A stretch of 64,000 bases of DNA from Callorhinchus milii (GCF_018977255.1 NW_024704743.1:98458001-98522000), one strand, 5' to 3'; shown: positions 10,266-23,624, numbered from the stretch's first letter. The notes: a model not told the origin generated them from the sequence alone. Made by a program: numbers and translations.

Positions 10266-12981
10266 ACAACAACAACAACAACAAGATTCCATTTATAAAG
10301 CGCCTTTCACGTCAGGTGGACGTCCCAAGGCGCTGCACAGTTGGGTCATGACCCGAGCAGGGGGGAAATGGTCAGGGTGAGGGAAGGGAGGGAGCAAGGA
10401 GGGGGGAAATGGTCAGGGTGAGGGGAGGGATGGGAGGGAGCCAGGAGGGGGAAGAGACTCGAGAGGGGAGCTGAAGGCACGGTCAAAGAGAAAGGTTTTG
10501 AGACCGGCCTTGAAGGAGGAAAGGGAGGAAGCAAGGCGAAGGCACTGGGGGATGGAGTTCCAGAGCCTGGGGGCTGAGAGGCTGAAGGCCCGACCACCGA
10601 TGGTAGGGCGGTTGGGGCGGGGGACGTGGAGCAGACCGGAGCCAGAGGAACGGAGGGTACGGGCAGGTAGGTAGGGGGATAGTAGGTTGGAGAGGTAGGA
10701 GGGAGCAAGGCCGTGAATGGCCTTGTAGGTGAGGATGAGGATCTTGAAATCAATCCTCTGGGGGATGGGGAGCCAGTGGAGGCGAGCGAGGGTGGGAGTG
10801 ATGTGGTCCCGAAGCCTGGTGCGGGACAGTACACGAGCTGCAGAGTTCTGAATGACCTGCAGCTTGTGGAGGGAGGTGGCGGGAAGGCCGGCGAGGAGAG
10901 AGTTCCCATAGTCCAGCCTTGAGGTGACAAAGGCGTGGACCAGGGTTTCAGCAGCGTGAGGGGTGAGGTAGTGCCGTAGTCTGGCGATGTTCCGGAGGTG
11001 ATGGAAGGCGGTGCCAGTTGTGGTGCGGATGTGAGGGAGAAAGGACAGCTCAGGGTCGAACAAAACGCCGAGGTTCCTGACTGGCTTTGAGAGGTGGAGA
11101 GTGCAGCCTTGGATGCTGATGGTGTCAGCGCCTGAGGTGCGGAGGCGCTGACGTGAGCCAATCAGGAGGGCCTCGGTTTTTCGCACGTTGAGCTGAAGAA
11201 AGTTGTCTCTCGTCCAGGACTCGATGTCGGACAGGCAGGCTGTCAGGACATCGGTGGTCGTGGAGTTGAGAGTAGAGGAGGAAAGGTAGAGTTGGGTGTC
11301 ATCCGCATACATGTGGAAGTTAACTCCATGTCTGCGGATGATGTCACCGAGGGGGAGCATATAGAGGGTGAAGAGGAGGGGACCGAGGACAGAGCCCTGA
11401 GGGACACCACATGAGACAGTACGGGGGGTGGAGGAGAAGCCATTCGTTGAGACAAAGTGAAGACGGTGAGAAAGGTACGACCTAAACCATTCAAGGACAG
11501 TGCCTTGAAGGTTGAGGTGGGAGGACAAGCGGTGGAGTAGGATAGCGTGGTCGACCGTATCGAATGCTGCCGATAGGTCGAGGAGGACGAGGAGACAGAG
11601 GGAGCCCTGGTCACAGATGGTCAGGATATCATTGGTGACCTTGACCAGGGCAGTTTCTGTGCTATGGGCAGCACGGAAACCTGACTGAAGGGGTTCAAAA
11701 AGAGAATGGGTGGAAAGGAAAGAGCGCAGTTGGGAGGCGACAACTCTTTCCAAGACCTTGGAGAGAAAGGGGAGGTTGGAGATGGGCCGGTAGCTTGATA
11801 GCTGCGACGCATCAAGGGAGGGTTTTTTCAGGGTGGGCGTGATGATGGCAGTTTTTAATGGAATGGGGACAGAGCCAGAGGAGAGGGACAGGTTGATGAT
11901 GTCAGTGATATGTGGGGCAAGAAAGTGGAGCTGGGAGATAAGGAGTGGAGTGGGGATGGGGTCAAGGGAGCAGGTGGTTGGTTTTAGGGATAGGATGAGT
12001 TCAGTGACAGAGGGTGGGGAAACGGGTACGAAGGTGTGTAGGGGAGGATGGGTAGGAGTCGGAGTGTGGGAGGGAAGGGTGGGTGGTGGGTGGAAGTTGG
12101 AGGGGAAGTGACCGCGGAGCGGATTCCCTTGATCTTGGATTCAAGGAAATCCAGCATCTCCTCGCAGTGAAGGTTGGAGGAGATGACCTGCGCGGGGTGG
12201 CGGGGGGGACGGAGGAGTCGGGTTGTGGTGGAAAACAGTAGCCTGGGGTTGTTCTTCGCCTCCAGGATTATCCTGGAGTAGAAGGACGACTTGGCCGAGG
12301 CTAGAGTGGAGCGGTAAATTTTGAGGAGGTCCAGCCAGATTTGTCGGTGGACCGTTAGGCCAGATTTGACACAGGTGCGTTCAGCAGCCCGCACCTGGCA
12401 TTTCAGTGAGCGGAGGTGGGTGGTGTACCAGGGGGAGGAGCGGGAGTAGGAGACAGTGCGGGAAGTGATGGGGGCAAGAGTATCGAGTGTGGAGGAGAGG
12501 GTATTGTGGAGGAGGGAGAGAGGAGAAGAGGGGTCGGTGAGGGTTGAAGGCCAGAGGGAGAGGAGTTCAGAGGACTCCAAGGCATCGGTTAGGGATTGTG
12601 GGGGTAACTTCTTCCAAGGGCGGTAGAAGATGGTGGTGGGTCTGGTGGAGGTGGGGAGGGGGGTGGAGGAGGTGAAGGAGATGAAGTAGTGGTCAGAGAT
12701 GGCCTTGTCGGTAATAGTGACATCCGAGACACTGAGTGGGTGGCCGTGACTGTGAGTGGGGGAGTTTATGTGTAAAGAGAGGTTGAGTGAAGAGAGCAGG
12801 GAAGAGAAGTCTGTGGAGATGGAGCAGGAGGGTGTGAAGTGTAGGTTAAAGTCGCCCAGGATGATGAGGCGATCGGAGCAGAGGCAAAGAGATGTGAGGA
12901 GTGTTGAAATGTCAGAGATGAAGGTGGGAGAGGTTTTAGGGGGCCGGTAGAGGAGGAGGATTTTACACTTAAGGCGAGTGA
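10266..12981 (-). mobile_element. Young 5'-truncated L2-clade LINE (~2.7 kb)
   Basis: (TTG)n tail and terminal stem-loop; ORF2 with partial APE (LYRPP, GDFN, SDH) and a complete RT domain; CpG-rich, few lesions. Confidence 0.95.
10413..12975 (-). pseudogene. L2 ORF2 (APE endonuclease C-terminal half and reverse transcriptase), disrupted
   Basis: [39 protein letters not shown] and YADD in and just upstream of ORF 10413-11753; one frameshift near 12040-12100; truncated inside APE. Confidence 0.92.
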
Positions 12982-13194
12982 ACTATGAGTGAGCTGAAAC
13001 ACTGTTGAGGATGGAATTCAAACTCACAGCTCGCTGACAATGGTAATGCTGCTACAATTTCAGTTTTAACTGTTTGAAACAGCTGATTTATTTCTTCACT
13101 ATTTCTCGATACTTCATCTTTAATAATCCCTCCCCACAGAGATGGTTAGAATGACAAAAAATAAAAGATCTCAACTTTTTTAATTGGAAAACAA

Positions 13195-13505
13195 AACACT
13201 TGTATAGCACCGTTCACATTAGGAGGACATTCCAAGGTGCTGGACAATCAATGTTTCGGACCCCAGCTGGGAGTCGGGATCAGGGAGCGTGGAGGGCAGG
13301 GGAGGAAGGAGGGTGACCAAAGGCACGGTCAAAGAGGAGGGTCTTCAGATGGGTCTTGAAGGAGATAAGGGAGGGGGTGAGGTGGAGGGACTGCGGGATG
13401 GGGTTCCAGGGGATGGGGGCAGAGTGGCAGAAGGCCCGCCCACCAATGGTGCGGCAGGCGAGGCGGGGGACGTGAAACAGGCTGAAGCCCGCTGAGCAGA
13501 GGGAG
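13195..13505 (-). mobile_element. L2 3' fragment
   Basis: ORF 13280-13519 TIGGRAFCHSAP..WN...FKTHLKTLLFDRAF followed by the L2 tail. Confidence 0.88.
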
Positions 13506-16500
13506 CAAATCTCATGCAATTCGAAAATATAGTATTCTCTGCAACAAATCCATTACGTCCAGATGGTAAATATTTTACAATGTTTATAGAAAACTGTAGA
13601 TGTGATAATTATGGAAACAAGTAATACAAATGTTAATTTAATAAACCTATGAAAAGCAGTTTGAATAAAAAGAGCTCCTCTATAAAAGGTCGCAGACAAA
13701 TAGGCAACAAGACTTATACTGAACCACTAAAAGCAACCTTATAAGCTTACATTCAAAAGCAGCACATTGATGCCACAGATGGAAGCAAATTATTGGCACA
13801 AGCATTGCAATGCTAATATCATTGAATCCCAATTTATTTCTCGCCAGCCCATGGGGCTAACATGCGACAATTTCTAATGGAACTAAGGAAACCATAAGTA
13901 CAACACACCAACCCACAGAAACTCGGAATTCCATTAGAAATCCAGCATATAACATTCAAAACTGTGGCAAAGATTGGCACCTGTTAATGTGGCACTCCAA
14001 ATAGGAGGTTACTGGCTTACAACATCCAATTTTTCACATGGGTAACATTCCATTTTAAATGCCCTTTATTAAGTATGACAATGTTTAACAAACTATGACT
14101 TAATCTTCAACAAAGCTGAACTAATCAAATCACCAATTAACCAATGTTTAACAGTACACTGACATTGCAAAAATAATTAACACATAAAGGCAAAGGTCAT
14201 TCCACAATAATTCAATCAAAATGTAAATACGGAATGATGACCAGTTTCAGAAATAATTAGTCATCTTTTAATTTGTGTTATTAATTTGAAACACTAGTTA
14301 TGAGGCATTTTAATTGTGTTATCACAATTAATAATGTTGAATCACAGCAGGTCATACTTTCTATGTGCTTGATACATCATTGCGAGTCCAATTATGCAAT
14401 GATTTGAAATTACAGGTAACTGAAGACTGTGGACCCCAAATTTTACTACCTAAAAAATCCAAAATTTGAGCTTCATTGGCCCTTAAAAAGCTGGCTGGTG
14501 GAAGCCAAAATGGTCAACTTCCAGGTAACAGGTCACTGCTGAAATCACTTCCTACATACTGAGGATGCGCAGTATTTATAGTTACCGAACTTTAATGTAC
14601 TCGATTTCAGATCTGTGGGGTTCTTGTATCCCTGCTTCCCATGTGATGGGAGCATACTAGTACTCTCTCTCCCATTCTCAATGCCAATGATCCTGAAGCA
14701 TTGTGTTGGTTACAGTGACAGTTGCTGCTCTCTCCACACCAGCTGGTTAATCATATGTGCAGTCTAACGCCTTATTAGAGGCTGACTGCAGCTCCCGCCA
14801 TTTCTCCATGACAAATGAAGTGTCCGCCTGAGCTCCCTCCCTCCTCCCCGCCGCCCATTCAGTCGACCCGAGTCATAACCAAAAAACAAGCTTGAGTATT
14901 TATAACCAACTCAACGTCATGAATACATTTTGATTTTTATTGTTTTAATCTTAGTCTGGGTTAAATCCAGCCGAGACAAGGAGATTAAACATTTTTTGGG
15001 GGGATTGACTTGTATTCAGTCCAAATTATTCCAATCCAACAGGCTGAAGTCAAAAGAACAAAACTGTTCAAAATTCAGCATAAATTGGTCTTAAAATGAA
15101 CAGCCTTAACCAGAAAGGCCAGAAGGAATACAAATGTGAGAAAGAAAAAAATCAAATTGGTGCAGGGCTGTTTTTCTGGTATCTTGTTTGAGTAACACAG
15201 AGGGGAAAAAATATTTTGAGGACCCGTGAGATAACTGATAACTTAGAAGGGACAAAGGTACAAGTTAACAAAGTTATCCCCATGAGTGGAATTTAAACCA
15301 AGCCTACTGGTTTTCATTATCTCCTGTTAAATATCAAAGAGTCAACATAAATTTGATAAAATAATAAATAGATTGGTTTATTGGTACAGCTGATGGTATT
15401 GCCTTGTACCTGATCTGTGCACGACAACATTGCTTCTGAACCTTGAATAACCTATTAGTAGGATAGCCCACAAAAATAACTAACGGCTGCCTGTTTTTGA
15501 CTGCTACATAGCCACTACTATTTTAATGACTTCTAAAAAAATGATTCTCATTCACCTCAATCATGGTGGGAGGCACTGAGAAACTGCCCCTGCATGCCGA
15601 GGACACGGTGCAGTGCTCCATATTCTCCAACTTCACAATGATGCACATCAATGCTTCCATTGAGGTGAAATAGAATTGGCAAAAAAAGAACAGAACAATA
15701 TAAAAGTGTTATTATGTTCTGTTTCTAACCTCTCTCCATTTCTCTCTCCCTAGGTTACCTTGTTTAGCAGCTATAAGATTTGCAGTTGCAAATATTCACC
15801 ACCCTTTTTTCTTTCTTTTTCTCACTTATGATGGGGAAATAACAGCAGTCAACAATATGCATTCTTTTACCTTCCTGTCCACTCCATGCATTTGATTGCG
15901 ATTCTACCTCAGTTTCTTAGCTCCCTTGTTCCAAGAAACCATCTATCCATCCTAATCACAATTCCCTGCAAATAATTCCAAACACTAACAACCCTCTGGG
16001 AGCATATTTGTTATATATATCTCCCCTTTCACTCCCCTAGCCACAATTAGCAATTTATGTGCTCAGATCCCCTTTCTTGCTTTTCATATTTATCTACAAT
16101 TCTCCAAATCCTCCACATTTTTGGGGGAATTAGATTCATCAATGTTTTATTAAAATGCTTTGGGAGTTATAACTGCAACATTTTCCCCATAAGATGCAAG
16201 TGAAATCAGTTTTTCCATCAGATTCATCTAAAGGATGCACATATATCATCCAAAACTGCACATATATAAACTACAGACAGAAATGAAACTGTATCACTAC
16301 TACAACAGAACATTGAATACAAGTGGAAAACATATATAAACATGACTCAAATCAGTGACAAGACTGCAGTCCAAAGGATTTCATCTACCGCAGCCTCACA
16401 ATAATCCCCCAAAATGAAGTTGCTGAATGCTGTGTTTATTTTTAGATTGAGCTGCAAAAATAGCACCTCCCTTCCCCAGTGTGTAAGCGATTTCCATTTA

Positions 16501-17016
16501 TTTCTGCCTGTAGAAACAGAAGAGGAATACAAATCACACAGATTGCCTTGTGTAATCAGATTTTCTTCATCCAGGAAACAATTTTTCTGATACACATCAC
16601 GCAATACCCAACTATCAATCCTTTCACTCTCTCCTTCAGTTTACAGCTCAGTCCAGCATCACATCCATCTCAGTCCACATCAATGACCAAGAGAGGTTGC
16701 ACTGCGCAACTTGATGCATCTACTAGTTATGAAGTGATTCACAAGACCTTCCTCACAGAGTTAAAGTCGTTAAATCCATAGCAGAACATTTGTCTTTGTA
16801 TTAATCTCATTTATCATTCTGGCATAAAAGATGATTTGGCTGAAAATTCTGCAAAGCTAAGCTAATGACATTACACAGAATCTGCAAAGAGAAAAATAGA
16901 AGTAAAAAAATGCTTGGCAAATTGTTTGGAGTAGCAATGTCACAAGTGGCTGCTGCAAAATTATGGAAACTGTTTCACCTTCATTTTCAGATTCAAGCAC
17001 AGAATTTAAATATAAC

Positions 17017-17213
17017 AGGATCTAATTTGTGAGTCCATGTAGACTCGATTGAGACTCTGAAACTCCACTTGGATGTCAATCTCCTGCTGGGCTGCATTCC
17101 GGCTTCGCATAAGGCAAAACAGAGCTTGGCATGCAAGTGGAATTGCAAAGACCTGAGACAATTTTGGATACCTGCAGGAATCACAAATTTGCAATTCAAG
17201 CAAATTAGACCCC
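17017..17213. mobile_element. Putative ~200-bp MITE-like element
   Basis: Imperfect terminal inverted repeats AGGATCTAATTTG / CAAATTAGACCCC (11/13); the terminus recurs at 7480-7496 (16/17). Confidence 0.4.
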
Positions 17214-18281
17214 ATTGAGCCACATATCAGTTCTTACCGACAAGAAAAATTCCTTAACCTGTATAAACAAGTTTCCACAGTATCCAGTATTTAATGCTCA
17301 CCACACAAAATATGGTTGATTCACTGCCAAATACCAACACATTTCAGATGCCCAATTACTTTGCTAGTGCTTAGATTCAATTGCCGAATGAATAATAAAT
17401 GGACTGCAATACAAACAATGACTTTTGATGTCAAATTTTTTAAAAATATTTGAGTTGTGCAGAATATTTTTTAACAAACCAGACCTGCTTTCAACGAGTT
17501 AGAACCATGTGGTATTATGAGATTAAAATAAATTCTAAAAAAAATAGAAAACTGGATATCTTCTTTGTGGTGGCCTCTTACGAACCATTCTCCCAATCTC
17601 TGAACAAAGTAGACAGTACAGGTGAACGTTTGGGTACCATTTCAAACAAAAGCAATTTTTAAGAAAATATTTCATTACTGCAAAGTACATCTTAAGTTAA
17701 GTAAAAATCTCCTGTGGATAAAGCTGTATACAAACTGTTGTTCAGCAAGCAGACAATTTGATATTAACAATGTCAGCTGAAATATCACAACTGAAACAAC
17801 TTTTATAAACAGAATTGATAGATTTAATTGTAGAAACTTTCTTTAAAAATATAAATACCACACTTAAATTGTTGCAGTTGAGATTTACCATGAATAGACA
17901 TTACTTCAAAATATTTTAGGTACCTATTAAATGAGTAGTAATTTTAATCCAAATCTTTGCCTTACAAGTTCTTTCATTTCAAGTACTCCCATACGTTATC
18001 AAAATGGTCATTTATCATATGTGAGCTGAGGCAGTGAGCATGCAAACTATACAACCGTGGGAGGGAATATGATATTAACAATGTCAGCTGAAATATCACA
18101 ACTGAAACAACTTTTAGAAACAGAATTGATGAAAGTCCTTGTCCTCATCTGATACTTGAATATGCACACTTCCAGGAGAGGACACAGGGCCATGCTCAGG
18201 AATGGAAATTGGATAATTTCCCAAAACAGAGAAGGCTAAAGCCATCTGATCTTAAATGTTGGCTAAATATGGTTCGGCATA

Positions 18282-19315
18282 CAATCATCGAATTATAAAA
18301 CACAGAGGTCGGCCATTCGGCCATCATGCCCCTGCCAGCTGTTCAAAGAGTTATCCAAATTAATCCCACTCCCTGCTCTCTTCCCAAAGCCTTGCAAATT
18401 TGTCCTCCCCAAATATCTATCCACTTCTCTCTTGAAAGTTGTTACCGAATCTGCTTTCACTACCCTTTCAGGCAGTGCATTCCAGATCCGAACAACTCAT
18501 TGTGTGAAAAAAATTCTGCTCACCTCCCCTCTGGATCTTTTGACAACCATCGTAAATCTGTGTCTTCTGGTTACCAACCCACCTGCCGGTAGAAATAGTT
18601 TCTCCCTGTTCACTATATCAAATCCCCTCATAATTTTGAACACCTCTATTAAATCTCCCCTTAACCTTCTCTGCTCCAAGGAGAACAAACCTAGCTTCTC
18701 TAGTCTCTCCACATAGCTCACGTTCCTCATTTTCTGGTATCATCCTGGTAAAGCTTCTTTGCACCCTCTCCAAGGCCTTGACATCCTTCCTAAAGTGTAG
18801 TGCCCAGAAGTGAACACAGTACTCTAGCTTTATAAAGATGTTTTACAAAGGTTAATCATAGCCTCCTGACTTTTGTGTTCTATGTCCCTATTGATAAAGC
18901 TTTTTTAACAGCTTTATCTACCTGTCCTGCCACCTTCAAAAAATTCCTTATGTGAACTCTAGGTTTCTCTGCTCCTGCACCTCCTTTAAGATTGTACCAT
19001 CTAGCTTATATTGCCTCTCCTCATTCTTCCTTCTAAATGCATTACTTCGCATTTCTCTGCATTAAATTTCATCTGGCACGTGTCTGCCCATTTCACCAAG
19101 CTGTTTAAGCCTTCCTGCAATGTGCTCTATCTTCCTCACCATTTACTACTTTCCTTGCTTTGTATCATCTGCAAACATAGAAATTGTGCTCCCTATAACC
19201 AGGTCCAGGTCATTTATATAGATCAAAAAGAGCAGTGATCCTAATACCGACCCTTGAGGACACCACTGTATACTTCCCTCCAGTCAGAAAAACAAACGTT
19301 CACCACTATTCTCTG
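18282..19315 (-). mobile_element. CR1 LINE 3' ~1 kb
   Basis: ORF 18497-18730 [40 protein letters not shown] near 19240-19270; CR1 3' UTR. Confidence 0.92.
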
Positions 19316-19469
19316 TAGGCATCATAACAGCTAGTACACTTAGCCACTGAACCACTGGGTAAGCCGCCAAGAAAATGTGCTTTGATGACAAACAGAAGGT
19401 ATTTGCAGTTATTGACATAATTTAGGTGTCCATATGATGGTGACCCCTGAGAGTGTTTATTAGTGAGAA

Positions 19470-19905
19470 TGTGTGTCAGCCTGTGAAATGGGTTTGTGAG
19501 CCCATTTTGCCTCAGAACAAAAGTTTCTATAAGTTATATGTCACAGCGATGCTATTGTAGGGAAATGGAGGCTTTTAAACTGCCTTTAATGGTGAGTCTC
19601 ACCTTTTGAGTCAGAAGGTTATGGGACTAAGTAATGGGACATCAAGATTTGGAACTAACTACTCTAAATTGACACTCCAGTTCAGTGTCGCATTGGGGGT
19701 GTGCTGCATTGTTGGGAGTTGCTGTCCTTCGGATGAGACATCAACCGAGGCCCCATTTGCCTGTTCAGATAGACACTAAAGATCCCGTGGAACTACTTAA
19801 AAAGACAAGTGAGTTTCTATTGGTGTTCTGGCCAATCCCCCAAATAAAATTGATCATTCACTTCTTGGCTGTTTATGGGATTTCGCTGTGTGCAAATTGG
19901 CTCCA
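19470..19905 (+). mobile_element. DeuSINE whose head is interrupted by a templated insertion
   Basis: GTGTCAGC|insert|TCTCACCTTTTGAGTCAGAAGGTTATGGG, then Deu core GGATGAGACATCAACCGAGGCCCC...AAAGATCCCGTGG. Confidence 0.75.
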
Positions 19906-20759
19906 CATTCACATGTCTAATGACATCCTTTAATGCTGTAAATTCTAATTCTATACTTGCCAAATAGTCACGTTGTTTCTTCATCTTTGGATCACCCAAT
20001 GTTCCTTTGAGCACCCATTATGTAACAGAAACATCTGCTAAGTCATTCAATCTGAAGTAGTCAAGGAGCCAGAATTTTTATTATCACTCCTCTCTTCAAA
20101 CTTAGCTGACTATTTCATCACCTGATGTTCTGAAAGTTTCTATCAAGAGAATGCAAAAGATTTTAATGGTACACCAAAACAATTTTACATATTGAATCAA
20201 TATTTGTGGATGATATCAATATAATTTTTTCTTATATTGTAATTTCTACTTGTCATGAGATCAATTTAAATTTTTAGCCGTGGCAATAGTACAAGATCTA
20301 AGTTTTATTCAGATTCATGGAAAACAATTAACGATAACCTTTTTGACCATTAAGAACAGTTAATAAAAAGTAAGCAAAACAATCCATTTATGTATTGCTA
20401 TAATAGGAGGTCTGTTTATTGCATTGTAAACATCTTGTATTCTACACTACATAAATAACTGTATTCAAATATTAACTGTGAACATTGTGCAATAGAATCT
20501 ATGCATAGATGCTGAAGTAAGCAATAAATGATGCTGGATTGGATTTATTAAGGCTTCTCCACAGATCTAAATGCATAATGAATGAATTCAATTACTTTTA
20601 AAAATAGAAAGCTGGTTCCTTTGAGGAAAGGAGCATAAATTCCATAAAATCAATAATAATGAACTATGTGCTGGTGGGTATTTATGGAAATCAGATTACC
20701 TATGAAACGTGAAGCTAAATTTTTGTTGTCCAGCATCATATCAAAGAAGGAAACATTCA

Positions 20760-21215
20760 TTAGGCAACCACATCAGAATTCCATTGCCTAAATTCTCTCC
20801 GGCATCAGGCTCCAAGTGCCCGTCACACATCCTTGCCAGGCTGCACTGACTTCATGCCCGCCAGACAATTAACTTAATTAAAAATTAAAATCTTCATTCC
20901 GACTTTCAAATCCCTCCAAACTCTTGCTACTCCCTACATCTGCAATTTATTCTACAGCGATTCTCCCCCAACACTCCCACCCCTGCTCTTCCAACTGGAA
21001 TCTGTTGCTCGCCTATCCAAGATTTAAAATGGGATTGGGAAAGTAATCTGATCATTTTTTTCCCAATTCACCAAGGCAGCAGAACAAGAGGTTCCAGTAG
21101 GCAGAGCATGGGGGGAGGGGGAGAGAGAGAGAGAATTGATCCTGAAGAAACTGCAGATGTAGGGAGTGACAAGAGTGTGGAGGAAGTTGAAAGACAATGA
21201 AAATCTTGAAGTTAC
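20760..21215. mobile_element. Two old L2 ORF2 fragments in opposite orientation (20760-21010 +, 21080-21215 -)
   Basis: Similarity to the L2 QNSAA...LARLHW...KILILTFKSL region. Confidence 0.55.
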
Positions 21216-23624
21216 CCTCTGTGACTTCCTATAGCCTACCAACCTGTCCGCTCCTTCCGCTTGGTGGTACTAGCCCGCTCCACCACCTATGGTGGGAATT
21301 AAAATCACAAATCTATGCCATGTGTGATGACAATTACCTCCACAGATGAGTTTATATAGATCGTAGGATAAGAATAAAACACTTTTCCAGCATTGCTACA
21401 CCACAGTAAAATCTCTTACGCTTAGCCCCAAATTTCTGCCTAATTCCCAAATAAAAATTAGCCTCACCATTAAAGTCAGTTTAAAAGCCTCCATTTCCCT
21501 ACAGAAGCATGCATCTCTGTGAAATATCATTTATGGTAACTTTTGTTCTGAGGCAAAATGGGCTCACAAACCCATTTCACATCGACTCTAGATAAGCACC
21601 AGAGAAAGGAGACTTTCATCTGTTTGGGTGCCTTAGAATCTATGGAGAGCTTTTCCACAGAAAACAGATCAATCTAGAATAATTTTGAATAAAGATACCA
21701 GCGGTGAAAGGGCAGAATTTAACTCACTGCATCATCCAGTGATATTTAATCAGGTCTGTTGAATTTTCATGAAAACATCAAACACAGTGCACAATTGGAT
21801 GATATGGTTGTAAATGTGACAAAGTGTTCCTCCTGGAGTCAGTAATTCAAGATCAATGTCTGAATTTACATCAAAGACTGTGACATAACAGAGAGCAACA
21901 GACGACAGAAAACAAGAGATCAAACAGCAAGCGTGATGAAAACAAATGGAAAACTCAAGTTGAACCACAGATCACATTTCTTTTTATGATCAACTTGAAA
22001 ATCATTTTGTAGCACTTTTTCTTTCAATTTGGATTGTATTTGCTACTAGTGTAAATAACGAGAAGGTATTGCTATTAGATGTACATCAACAAAAACATAT
22101 TCACCTGACATTTGTGCTTAACAAGCAATGTTAGCAAAAAAAAGGCAAGGATTATGTAAGCCAAACAAAATATTTTAATGAAACAATAAGATATGAATGT
22201 CCATCCCTAAAAAAAGTCATTATTTTTAGCATAACCAGAAAAAGTAAAGTAGCTATCATTTATAAAATACAAATATTGTATATAAGAGGGTTAAAAGAGA
22301 ACACAGGAGGAAGAAGAACTCATTAAAATTAGAGTATATATATTTTGGATATATAAGAATCATTTTGTGACAATAATAAATTTCCTTTCAGTAGTAGAAT
22401 ATCTTTTCTATACTATCATTGTGATAATTTATGAGAATGCATAATAGCGCATCTCAATTTTGATATTTTGAACATCAAAATACATATTTCTGAATGTTTT
22501 GCAGAACTGTATTTTGTAAAACTTGAATGACCTTCAGCTACATTGTAAACTTATCATACTTTTAACTCTATTTTGGAAGAAAGTTTAGAAAATGGCAAAA
22601 ACAATATTTTGCACTCAACAAGTAATTACACTTAAAATTCAGTTTTCCATGAAGCCTTATGTTTCTTTGAAACAAACAAAGCTATCTTTTGAAACCAGCT
22701 TCAAACATTTAATTCATTTAAAATGTAAAGGGTGATATTTTGCTTCCTAAAAATTGCTGGTTCTTCAATGTGGGTTGCCGAGGTTATTAAGACTAGTAGG
22801 AGGCAGAATAACAATATTTAATTTCCATCTTTGATGAGCATTTACTGATTCCTTTTCCCTACCCCAATTAGTAGGTATAACAAACAATTATTTGAAACAA
22901 TTCATCAATCTAATTTTATTCTGGTATAAGATTTTCACCTAAAGTTTAAAATCTTTTAATAATAAACTTTCATCACACCTGTCTCAGGACACAATTTATT
23001 TTGGTCAGTTTCATACCAAGCATACAATTCCTTAGCTCAGGTTTTCATGATGAATTGTACTGAGCAGCTTATAGTGTTCATAAACGGCTGTGTAAATCAT
23101 GGAAGCATTTTGAGGATGCCAGTCTTCCGCAGCTTCAGATTGGCTGAATTATGTTTGCAGTAACACACAGTGTTTACAAACACAGAAGTGAAGTGGCTGA
23201 GTAATTTATGAACTTGTTTTGATGCTAACAGAAAGCTTACAGTCTACTCATCAGAGACCAATCTGGGTCTGGCATCTGGAGCCAACCCTTTTAGCCTGAT
23301 TGGATGTAAATTATTTCCTGACCAGCTTCGCAAATTATAGATTTCATTCAGCTCCTTGAAACCAAAATTCTGCCATGAACCAATAGATAAGAGACATCCA
23401 AAAATTGTGTTTTTTTAAAATCTTTCAACAAAAGCCCCTGAAATTAATTTTGTAATTCAAAATCAGTTTCAGTAGAAGCTGGAAAGTTGATAGTATTGAA
23501 GTATTTTGTTTGCAACCTTCAGTTATTCAGCCCCAGTTCACGTGGGATTGGAAGAAAGGAGAGCTACATTGAGAGGAAGGCAAAGATCAAATTCAGCTGT
23601 CTAAATCTTCCTACAGTCAAAGGA

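Noticed and set aside
10346..11161. 271-aa Ser/Pro-rich ORF, and similar ORFs at 48196-49149, 57653-58105, 27912-28358 and 10713-10922
   Set aside because: Off-frame or antisense readings of GC-rich L2 ORF2, not host genes.
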